Source of the DNA: Tubiluchus corallicola
Lineage: Eukaryota; Animalia; Priapulida
Assembly: GCA_030141605.1 (NCBI GenBank)
Contig: JAQGDQ010000199.1
Span: forward strand, 1-64,000
DNA: 64,000 bases
Direction of reading: 5' to 3'
Shown in pieces: positions 14,365 through 25,015 of this stretch. Made by a program: the position numbers and the translations under genes. The stretch's first letter is position 1. Every line of letters begins with the position of its first letter. The notes under the pieces were generated by a model, which ran no database searches, had not been told where the DNA came from, and was given only the letters and a program-made list of their open reading frames with translations.

Positions 14365-16332
14365 GTATCTACGTCACGGTATTCTAGTTGGCATGGCAAA
14401 GCTTACACAGTAGAGATAAGAAGTATCTACATCACGGTATTCTAGTTGGCATGGCAAAGCTTACACAGTAGAGATAAGAAGTACCTACATCACGGTATTC
14501 TAGTTGGCATGGCAAAGCTCACACAGTAGAGATAGGAAGTATCTACGTCACGGTATTCTAGTTGGCATGACAAAGCTCACACAGTAGAGATAGGAAGTAT
14601 CTACGTCACGGTATTCTAGTTGGCATGGCAAAGCTCACACAGTAGAGATAAGAAGTATCTACGTCACGGTATTCTAGTTGGCATGGCAAAGCTCACACAG
14701 TAGAGATAAGAAGTATCTACGTCACGGTATTCTAGTTGGCATGGCAAAGCTCACACAGTAGAGATAGAAGTATCTACGTCACGGTATTCTAGTTGGCATG
14801 GCAAAGCTCACAGTAGAGATAAGAAGTATCTACGTCACGGTATTCTAGTTGGCATGCAAAGCTCACACAGTAGAGATAGGAAGTATCTACGTCACGGTAT
14901 TCTAGTTGGCATGGCAAAGCTCACACAGTAGAGATAAGAAGTATCTACGTCACGGTATTCTAGTTGGCATGGCAAAGCTCACACAGTAGAGATAAGAAGT
15001 ATCTACGTCACGGTATTCTAGTTGGCATGGCAAAGCTCACACAGTAGAGATAAGAAGTATCTACGTCACGGTATTCTAGTTGGCATGACAAAGCTCACAC
15101 AGTAGAGATAGGAAGTATCTACGTCACGGTATTCTAGTTGGCATGGCAAAGCTCACACAGTAGAGATAAGAAGTATCTACGTCACGGTATTCTAGTTGGC
15201 ATGGCAAAGCTCACACAGTAGAGATAAGAAGTATCTACATCACGGTATTCTAGTTGGCATGACAAAGCTCACACAGTAGAGATAAGAAGTATCTACGTCA
15301 CGGTATTCTAGTTGGCATGGCAAAGCTCACACAGTAGAGATAAGAAGTATCTACGTCACGGTATTCTAGTTGGCATGGCAAAGCTCACACAGTAGAGATA
15401 GGAAGTATCTACGTCACGGTATTCTAGTTGGCATGGCAAAGCTTACACAGTAGAGATAAGAAGTATCTACGTCACGGTATTCTAGTTGGCATGGCAAAGC
15501 TCACACAGTAGAGATAGGAAGTATCTACGTCACGGTATTCTAGTTGGCATGGCAAAGCTCACACAGTAGAGATAGGAAGTATCTACGTCACAGTATTCTA
15601 GTTGGCATGGCAAAGCTCACACAGTAGAGATAAGAAGTATCTACGTCACGGTATTCTAGTTGGCATGGCAAAGCTCACACAGTAGAGATAAGAAGTATCT
15701 ATGTCACGGTATTCTAGTTGGCATGGCAAAGCCCACACAATAGAGATAAGAAGTATCTACGTCACGGTATTCTAGTTGGCATGGCAAAGCTCACACAGTA
15801 GAGATAAGAAGTATCTACGTCACGGTATTCTAGCTGGCATGGCAAAGCTCACACAGTAGAGATCAGAAGTATCTACATCACGGTATTCTAGTTGGCATGG
15901 CAAAGCTTACACAGTAGAGTTAAGAAGTATCTACATCACGGTATTCTAGTTGGCATGGCAAAGCTTACACAGTAGAGATAAGAAGTATCTACATCACGGT
16001 ATTCTAGTTGGCATGGCAAAGTTCACACAGTAGAGATAAGAAGTATCTACGTCACGGTATTCTAGTTGGCATGGCAAAGCTCACACAGTAGAGATAAGAA
16101 GTGTCTACGTCACGGTATTCTAGTTGGCATGGCAAAGCTCACACAGTAGAGATAAGAAGTATCTACGTCACGGTATTCTAGTTGGCATGGCAAAGCTCAC
16201 ACAGTAGAGATAAGAAATATCTACGTCACGGTATTCTAGTTGGCATGGCAAAGCTTACACAGTAGAGATAAGAAGTATCTATGTCACGGTATTCTAGTTG
16301 GCATGGCAAAGCTTACACAGAAGAGATAAGAA
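14365..16332. repeat. 58-bp tandem satellite, about 34 copies
   Basis: Unit aagtatctacgtcacggtattctagttggcatggcaaagctcacacagtagagataag, highly homogeneous. Confidence 0.97.
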
Positions 16333-16876
16333 CACAGAAAACATAAACCATCTAGACATAGAAACCATGCATCAATTGTGTTTTTGAAAACGTTCTACAA
16401 GTCGATGTTTAGAACAAGCTGGAACTACAATCGTTTTCAATAGCTTGCAATACTTGTCTGCTTCTTTCAATTCATGGCAATTTGCTTGCATTTATTATTG
16501 CAATTACGTTTTCATTTGCTTCTTTATGTTAATGTTATTTTGATTTGTTGTGATTTTGTTTTGCTTGAAATTCGTTTTAGTTAAGTTTTGTTAAGTATGC
16601 AACTGTTATGAATCTTTTTTTCATTTTGAAGTTTGCTAGTTTGCTTTACAGAGTAGCATTAGCCACCTTAACATGAGATAACAGCAGTGATGACTGTATG
16701 GTCTCTCTGTCATTCCGTCTCACAAGTTATATATGAAAGCTATTGTTACTTGTATCTGTTATACAGTATCTAGAGAGACAATAAACTATTATATTCTATT
16801 CTATGGATGTCACCTACTGCTAGCTTTGTGGCAAGTATAACATTTGAAATATATATGCACATGCTTTAAATCAGTA

Positions 16877-17035
16877 AAAGCAGTGCTAGACAAATGTTAG
16901 TCACTGTATTCTACGTTAAAGCAGTGCTAGACAAATGTTAGTCACTGTATTCTACGTTAAAGCAGTGCTAGACAAATGTTAGTCACTGTATTCTACGTTA
17001 AAGCAGTGCTAGACAAATGTTAGTCACTGTACTCT
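16877..17035. repeat. 41-bp minisatellite, about 4 copies
   Basis: Unit aaagcagtgctagacaaatgttagtcactgtattctacgtt. Confidence 0.93.
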
Positions 17036-18561
17036 ATCAACTGCTACTTAAATAATATCATTGACATTAGAAATACAGCTGTTTTTTGTTAATTACATGT
17101 AGATTATGACTGTGCATTCCAGAAAATACATCCGTTTTAAGGATAATTTCCAAAAGTTTTCACAATTTTATCTCATGTTCGTTTTTGAAATTTTCCTGGT
17201 GCAAGTTTCTGGGCAAATGCCACAGCATGATTTTATTTATTTTTTGTACAAACGAGCAGTCTTACGGAACTATTATACCTACATAAGAAATGAATTTGGG
17301 CAATTTTTAAAGTAGAGAAATATATAAAGTATCTCGGGCAGTGAAGACTCGATTACATCACTTGTTGTAACATTGAATTGCAACAACATACTTGTATCCT
17401 CTACTAATTATACAACTGTAAAACCACAAAATGATATGGTATGTAAAACCACAAAAATTATAACCATAGTAAAGCAGCAATTGCCAGACAAACATTTGCA
17501 ATGCTTTACATTCTATGGTACTTCTGTCCTGGGCATAGACATTAAACTGCATCCAGTGTTGGTGTCACTTAAAAAGCACCAAAATATAAACTGAATTAAC
17601 ATGTTCTAAGAGAACTCATGGTACTTGTTACTCATCCTAGACTTGGAGTTTTTGGCTTGAAGCTCCTGGGCCTGCTGGTCAAGCTACGGACTTCTACCAT
17701 TCTTTTAGAATCTTCTTTTGAATCTTTGTGCAGGAAACTTGAATTTTGTTTGTAACTGAGCTGCATCTGAAGTATGCCTGTAACTTCCAACAATTACATC
17801 CTGCCAAACCTCTCTTATTTAAGAGTATTCTCTTGTTATTTCTATTTTGTGTAAAACATTACCACCTCTGTACTTGGCTCTTGGAATAAACAAGACAAAC
17901 AATTAAACCCTGAACACAATAACAAAATCTGGATTATCGGGTAACCACACTGCCATCAAGATAGTGATGGTCCCAACAACCAGGTTTCTATCATTTGCTG
18001 TGTCAGGTCGCTCTGGTATTGCAAGAACGTCACCGATGAAAGTTGGGTTTGCACCGGCATTTTTATCTGAACAATTCTGGGTGGGGCTTCTGGGTAATTT
18101 TACATCACTTGATTTTAGCCAATAGACTGTAAATGAATGGACGAGCACCGGAAAAATTGCTTAAAGACAGTTTCGATCATCTGCCATCGGTCATTTAACT
18201 TACCGAGGAAAGATGTTTACAAATTCGAATGTTATGTGAGATGCCTCCACTGGTTAAGTGTAACCGCTTAGAGGATATATTTACAATAAAGTAGATTCCA
18301 GTCCCGCCACAACCATCCAGTTAAACAGGATCTGCCTTTGAGCGCTGGTACCAGTTTGCAAGATGTATAAAAACTGCAACCTCCACAGTAACGTTTGCTA
18401 GCATCTTATTTCTGAGATTATTTCTCACTAGGAATTGCCAAGAAATATCTCTGTGCTACCTGCTTACCAAAGACTACAACGACATCATTGTATAATTTGC
18501 ATCGTTTAATCTGAAAACAGTGATTGCCTTCATATAATTTTGCTCAATTTTTCTGTGAGAT

Positions 18562-18867
18562 CTTCTTCTTCTTCCCAGCTTTTCCCTATTCAGGGTCGCC
18601 GTTGTGAATGAGTCTTCTCCACGCATTCCTGTTGTTGACCATCTCTTCATTTGTCTTCAATTCCCACAAGATCTTCACCGAGTCTTCTTTTCAGGTGTCC
18701 ATACCATCGCAATCTTGCGAGGCTTTCACTACTTTTACTGTTCCTCTGATATTATTATTTCTAATTTTATCTCTTCTTCTTATTCCCACCATTCATCTCA
18801 ACATCCTTATCTCCACCACACCCGTTTTCTTCTCTTCTCTTCTGGCTTGCCCCCCCCCCCCAGTGGC
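18562..18867 (-). mobile_element. RTE-like short retroelement, second copy
   Basis: Shares (TTC)n-ccagcttttccctat...gggtcgccgttgtgaat and the gcttgccccc..cagt end with 3676-4102. Flanked by TGAGAT on both sides. Confidence 0.65.
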
Positions 18868-19397
18868 TGAGATATTTAGACAAATTTGTTCTACCTATCT
18901 TCAAACAGCTTCTTTATGTAAATCAAATTATACAATCTAATAATCTGATTGCTTGAGTCTAGGAAAAAAAGGTTAAACAGATTGATTAATCAAGTAGCAC
19001 TGTGATCCTCTATAAATGTAATTATAAAATTAGAACTAACAGCTTGGCATTTGTGGACAACTTATTGATGCAGTGTGTGAATGCCTGAGTGACCTCTATC
19101 CACAGATAGTGGTTTTTACAGTTAAAAGTGCTGGTCATGATGTGACCGGTGTAAATGGGAAAAACTATAATAATAGAAGAATGAGGGCCTGTATGAATTC
19201 AAGCTTAATCAGCACAATTTCACTTGGCCTTTCCTGCCTTGGAAATCGTCCAAAAGTGCTCAGCCTCATTGATAGCTCAGCCTCGGTTAATTTTTTAAAA
19301 TCTCTTTTTACATTGTAGCTTCTTATTCAAAGTAATACCTGCCAAAAGGAAATCCTCGGGAAAACTACTACACTTTTTCAGAAAGCTGCCTCAAACG

Positions 19398-20201
19398 ATG
19401 TCTGCACTACCATCGTACCCTTGGCACTTGGTGAATATCTGGTGGAAATATCGCAGACCTACGACAGATTTCAAAAAGATTGAAGTCGATGTGACCATTG
19501 ATCGAGACATACCAAGCACATACAATTTGTACATTGCTCCAATCAGCAACGCTTATCTAAACGGAATCGGATTTTATGGGGGACTTCAAACCAACATTGA
19601 CGGATGGGAAAGCAGTGAAGACCGCGTTCGAGTTTACCCCGGAAAGGGAGCAATATTCTCCCGTTGGTCCGTCGACGGATGTCCCATATGCCTTGATCAT
19701 GTGAAAGTTGCAGCAGGAGGACTGTGCGAAAGTGCCGGTTACGAGGGTGAATTCTGCAGCGTACGAAGACCATTCAGTTGGTCGAAAGGAGTCTACACTT
19801 TTTGTGTTGAAAAAAGCAAAACGGAAATGGTAGATGATAAACCACAAACTTGGTTCGACTGCCTAGTGAAATGTTGCTCATCGAATATGATCACCCACGT
19901 GGGCAGCTTGCGTTTCGAAGGGAAAGAGTTCGTGCTTGGTGACTCCCATTGCTCTTTTCTAGAGATCTACTCCACGGAAAATGTCAAAAAACCCGACATA
20001 CCAACAGTTCGGGTCACTTTTGGCTATCCTCGTATTAACGGCCAGTGCGTGCCACTTGAAAAAGCTTGGGTGAACTATAATGACAAGGCAAAATCGGCTT
20101 CGCCCTACGAGGCTACCGTGCTGCGCCACCTATCATCTGCTGTTGTAAAGATCGGCAAATCATTCCGTACTAACAATAGTTCACATGCACTGGATTTATA
20201 A
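19398..20201 (+). CDS. Uncharacterised 267-aa beta-rich protein resembling microbial DUF3472-type proteins
   Basis: Uninterrupted ORF, more GC-rich than its flanks, with motifs FYGGLQT, GAIFSRW, GYEGEF, PFSWSKG.Y.F and SFLEIY. Splice acceptor ends at 19381 and AATAAA lies at 20469. Confidence 0.75.
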   Translation: MSALPSYPWHLVNIWWKYRRPTTDFKKIEVDVTIDRDIPSTYNLYIAPISNAYLNGIGFYGGLQTNIDGWESSEDRVRVYPGKGAIFSRWSVDGCPICLDHVKVAAGGLCESAGYEGEFCSVRRPFSWSKGVYTFCVEKSKTEMVDDKPQTWFDCLVKCCSSNMITHVGSLRFEGKEFVLGDSHCSFLEIYSTENVKKPDIPTVRVTFGYPRINGQCVPLEKAWVNYNDKAKSASPYEATVLRHLSSAVVKIGKSFRTNNSSHALDL

Positions 20202-22619
20202 GGTCACTTATGTCAGTGGATGGGAATCGTTAATTGCACTGTAGATTATCAAATATCTGTGCATGAATCTGCTCAAATATTACTAAATTTTGTAAATGCT
20301 TCCTTTAATTTCTTCCATTCCAGTGTAACAGCTACAGTGTACTCTACTATGCCATCAAATTACATTTGTTCTCATGTTGATAGAACAAACGAATTCCCCT
20401 GAGTGACACTTCACAAGTTTGTTGGGGTGTTCGTACGTGGTACCATTACCACTTAAATATCCAATAACAATAAATATAATTTATAATAGCCCGTTTAATA
20501 ACAAAAATACGTTAGAGTATCAAATAGAAAATGACATATGATTCATTGTAAACACTAATGAAATAATAACTCTATAGAGTGTCTGCCTAACGATGATGTA
20601 AATGTAAAAGAAAATGATACCTGATTTTATTTTACTTTATGGAGCTCATTAATAATCTTTTGCTAATAATAATTTCTTTTTTAACACGTGTCATCAATTC
20701 CTGACAATAATTCTGTACTAAATATAATACAATAAACTCTGTACATAGTATAATAATAATAAATAAAATTGAAAAATACCTATGATTCTCATAATTGTTC
20801 TTGATTACAAATGCATCTTGCAAGTTGTAACGACTTTTTTCTCTGTGACAGGACTAGATAAGTCAATAGTTATAAAAATAAATGAACGACATGACTGCTC
20901 ACAATTATACAACGTGAACAAAATCTTGGTAATAAAGAATTTCAACATAACATAAGTCTATCAGCAAAATCACTGCAGAGATTATTTACAAAAAAAACCT
21001 AAGAATTTTGGAAACTGTTGTATTAGACACCTCTGGTATGATTTTATACCTTTATGGGTCGTTTACAAAGAAAACGTAATGCACAATTACTTGAGGTGTA
21101 TTAGTAGCAGTATTACATACATGTACTTGGTTGTTACATATGACGCTTATATAAAAGCGGGAACTCAGTAACTGCTTGTTGTGTGTTATAAAATAACGCG
21201 CTTTATATAAATGTGAATATATTTTCCGCGAATAACACTTTTTAACACTAGACCCGTAAAATCTGATGCCTAGGCTATAGCCTAGTTAGCTTATTGGTAA
21301 GTAGGCCCCTGTTAATAGAGGATTATAGTTACGAGTGTTGTTATGTTCAAAACTGTTCATAGAACAAATTGTAAATCAACTGTCATCACTGAGGTAGTTC
21401 AACACACAGTTCAGTACAATTTCTTTTCTACAAATATTTATAATTTTGCACAGTTAACTTGTTAAAGCTAAAATTTCCACAGAATGAATACTTTACTAGA
21501 TGATAAATTGGTCTTTCGCTGCCCTTTCTTCACATTTTTGTCACCAAATTAATTGTATTAATATTACTATGACAATCTCAACACAGTAGTAGTGTTACAC
21601 ATGACTGGAAATTACTACATGTACAAGGGCCCAGCGAGAGGAGGATGCAGCCGGTACATTTTGCCCTGGAGCCCATAAATATTAAATTTTGCACTTTGTC
21701 ATGACCAGTACACCTGAATCAGATGCCCTACTTACACGTATGTACTCTTCTTACAATATCTTTTAATGTTGCCTCTGAAAAGTGCTCATTCAGCAAACTA
21801 AAACAGATTAAAATTTGTTTAGACCCACAATGACACAGGGATGGCTTGTAGACCAGGCAGATTGAGCGTTGAAGCTGAACTTGCAAAGAGAGTCAATTCT
21901 GATGAAGTATTTCGTTTGTTTTGCAAGAAAAAAGCGACAAAACCCCATATATTTAGCAAAAAATGAACTGGGACATATTTTGGTTCACTGTGAATCAACA
22001 TATTTCATATATTAAGAAATAAAGACCAACAAACATAAATTACTGTACATGCATTTTATCGTTTCATGCTCTTCGTACAGGTGAGAAAGGGCGCCCAAAA
22101 TTTGTCTTGTTCTGGTAGATAAAAATTCTTTCGCTGGCCCTGCACATACATTAGTCACAAATTAAACAGACTGCTTTAACGAGATTCATATTAATTACCT
22201 TTAACGGTTTTTTTAATTTCTTTTCTCCATTGTGACTTCAATAATTCGTCTTGTTTTAATTTGTTCAAGAAACATTGCATGTTTACTTCACATACCCATT
22301 TCGGGTATTTTTTATTGCAATAAATTATTATGTTTATGGTGTTCATAAATGATTATATGTGCCTCTAGGGTTATTAGCCCAGTAGTAGAAATAACGCTAA
22401 AATCACGATTTGTGGAAATTGGAACACATTTGCTTTTACCTTTAGTTTTTTCCTGGATCAGTATGTTAATTGTTATGTACTATTCGGCAGAATCGCCCCC
22501 TCATGGGTTGACATTGGCTACTTCAATGAATCATGCCATTTTCAGCAAAGGACAATATTAATAGTGAAAACCAGTAGATTTTTTATGAGGGAAATATTAG
22601 ATTATGCAAACCTGAATAA

Positions 22620-22783
22620 CAGTCATACATAATCAATACTTTGCGCCTGCAAAAAAGTTGGCATTATGATGAGTTTGGCATTACATACATGCGTGTCTAT
22701 GCAAATAGGGATATTTTGTTTTGCTAAAAATTTGTTCATTAAGAGAAGTTGACATTACAAAATGTTATAACGAGGTTTGACTG
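22620..22783. mobile_element. Degenerate Tc1/mariner-type MITE
   Basis: CAGTC...GACTG ends. Internal sequence gcaaaaaagttg..gagtttggcatta is shared in inverted orientation with 45194-45300. Confidence 0.4.
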
Positions 22784-23322
22784 CAGTGCATAGAGAACAA
22801 ATTGTGTAGAACACAATACATTGTTGTGCGGAATTAAATTCCCTACTAAAATTCAATACCCTCACTGCAACAATCTAACAGCCACAGCTTTAAAATTAAC
22901 AACGAATTTATCCTTACTACAAAAATAATTCATTAATTAAATATGCTTACAGCAATCCGCTGCAGCAAGATGACCTGGAGTATTCTTCTCTCTCTCCTTT
23001 AGTTGCCAAAATGCTGCGTAGATAATACCTATCTAGAATGATCCGGCATGCATTGACAATCACGACATTACCACTACCTTGAAAAAAATAAAACACAAAA
23101 GTCAAGTCCTAAAACATTTTCAGCCGTGCACATCACACTTTTTCCTGTAAAACATACTCACCTTTGTAAAATCATTCTGAATTTTTTTTTGCTGAATTAC
23201 TAATTTGGATATGATTTTCAATAAAGATAGGTGTGTTGTAATTTAGCAGAAGAAAAAATGACCAATAAAATGTCCTTAGTGAGAAGTTAACTCAGTAGCC
23301 AATAAAAACTTGACTCATAAAA

Positions 23323-23768
23323 ACTTGGATGGGTGACTGCCTAGGAATACCAGGTGCTGTAGGCTTGCAGGATGCCCACACTGTATCTCGACACTAGGCG
23401 GAGGAGCTGCACAAGCAGCCTACGGCTAGAAGGCGGAAGAGGTCAAGTAACCAACGGCCATGTGTGGAGGAGTGGAGCCCCGAAGGCGGACCAGTGCAGC
23501 ATGCTCACTGACTCCAGCAGCTCCTGCAGCCAACCTGGTGCCAAACGTATCGCACCGCTTTCCTTTGGACTACACCAGCAAGGAAGAGAGGGGGGGTTCC
23601 TGTTGTCTGGACAACTCAGGATCTCCATACACCTTGCCCAGGAGTGCGCCCTGGAGACGTTCAAGGATCACACTGCTCAGCCACAGCTGCAGCTCCATCA
23701 ATGTGATCAAAAACTGACTCTCTTGGCACACACTCCATTGTCTTCCGAGACAGAAGGATGCCAACAAC
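23323..23768 (+). mobile_element. 5S rRNA-derived SINE, 5' truncated or degraded
   Basis: The 3' half of 5S (acttggatgggtgactgcctaggaataccaggtgctgtaggct) is followed by a body colinear with 57368-57866 and the tail cagaaggatgccaacaac. Confidence 0.85.
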
Positions 23769-23917
23769 TGGTTAGTGAGAACAGTTTTTCATGAACCCAT
23801 GCAAAATGCAGCAAACGCTTATGATCCTGAAGGAGTTACCTGCCTAAATCCCACATGAAACCAAGTACGTATGCACGTTTAAATAACATTTCCCTTTAAT
23901 ATGGAAATTCTCGGTGT

Positions 23918-24133
23918 TCACAGACACGAGTTCCACACCGTGAACTTGATGGGATTGAAGTGATAATTAATATATCGTCGTACCTCCACCAGTCGATCCA
24001 GAAGGTGCTCATTTGCATTCCGACGTGCACTCAACTCGATCAATTTTTCATCTATTGCATTCAATTTTTCCAGAAACTCTGTACTATGTGATTCTAAATC
24101 TTCCGCTGGTACATCATGCAAGTTATCACACAC
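23918..24133 (-). CDS. Probable terminal coding exon of the ankyrin-cGLR gene (helical or coiled-coil tail)
   Basis: Acceptor ttttttgtgttcag precedes GTG at 24133 in phase 0, matching the phase-0 donor CAG|gtagat at 25063. The 71 open codons read VCDNLHDVPAEDLESH...WNSCL. Confidence 0.55.
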   Translation of the reverse strand: MCDNLHDVPAEDLESHSTEFLEKLNAIDEKLIELSARRNANEHLLDRLVEVRRYINYHFNPIKFTVWNSCL

Positions 24134-24769
24134 CTGAACACAAAAAAATTATCGGTCATAAATACTGTTACGGCACTTATGTGAGTTTTCATAGGAATTG
24201 CTGATTTCAAATGAATCAGTTATCACCTATTAAGATATCACAACACTGTTAAAAATACGTTAATCAATCCTCGAGAAAATAATCGGGGGCATGACTTGTA
24301 AGGCATCGGAATTTTCCCCGAAGACAATACCATTTTTAAGTTGTATGAAGCTTTTAATTTTTCTAGAGCATAAATTGCATTTTTGAGTTAGGCAATGTAA
24401 ATTACATGTATCTAAGGGACCATAATTTTTTATTTAAATTACACGAAATTTTGAAATGTATATTAAGCGATGTTTTTTTGTGAAAAAAATGCAGGATTTC
24501 ATTTTAAATTATTATTTTATATATTATTTCATTATATATATTTTATAAAGAATTTTTTAATAATATATTTTAATATATTATTTCTAGTTACATAAGCCTT
24601 TCAGCAGATAAGCGAAATGCTAAGTAAAACAAATTCGCTTGGAAAACCTTATGTGATAATTTAACATTGCCCTTTCTTCCCCTGATTTACATTTTCATAG
24701 GTGACCCTGAAGTCATGTAATGGCGACTTTGCAACAGTGTCATGGGAAATTAAAATGAAAACAAACAAA

Positions 24770-24880
24770 AAATCCTTTTAACGCGAGTACGATATATGCA
24801 CAAAAATGCTGTAAAACAAGATAATCTTTAAGGCGTTTTTTCTGAAACCTACTTCAGGCATGCCTTTTCTTGCCCTTTAA
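24770..24880. mobile_element. End of the TTAA-terminated DNA transposon family
   Basis: Reverse complement of about 1793-1900 (ttctgaaacctacttcagg...ttttcttgccctttaa). Confidence 0.55.
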
Positions 24881-25015
24881 ACGCCAACATGCACAGAGAA
24901 TTGCTAGATATCAGCAAATTGTGAGACAAACAATAGGTGCCATGCTCTAATACAATCTCTAATGCAAGTTATACTAAACTACAAAATACGGTAGCTAATA
25001 ACGTCATTTAATCTC

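Noticed and set aside
14365-16332. CRISPR-like array
   Set aside because: Units are contiguous and near-identical with no unique spacers, there are no cas genes, and the context is eukaryotic.
23372-23794. 140-aa ORF and overlapping ORFs
   Set aside because: They lie inside the 5S-derived SINE body, and the frame is not preserved in the other copy.
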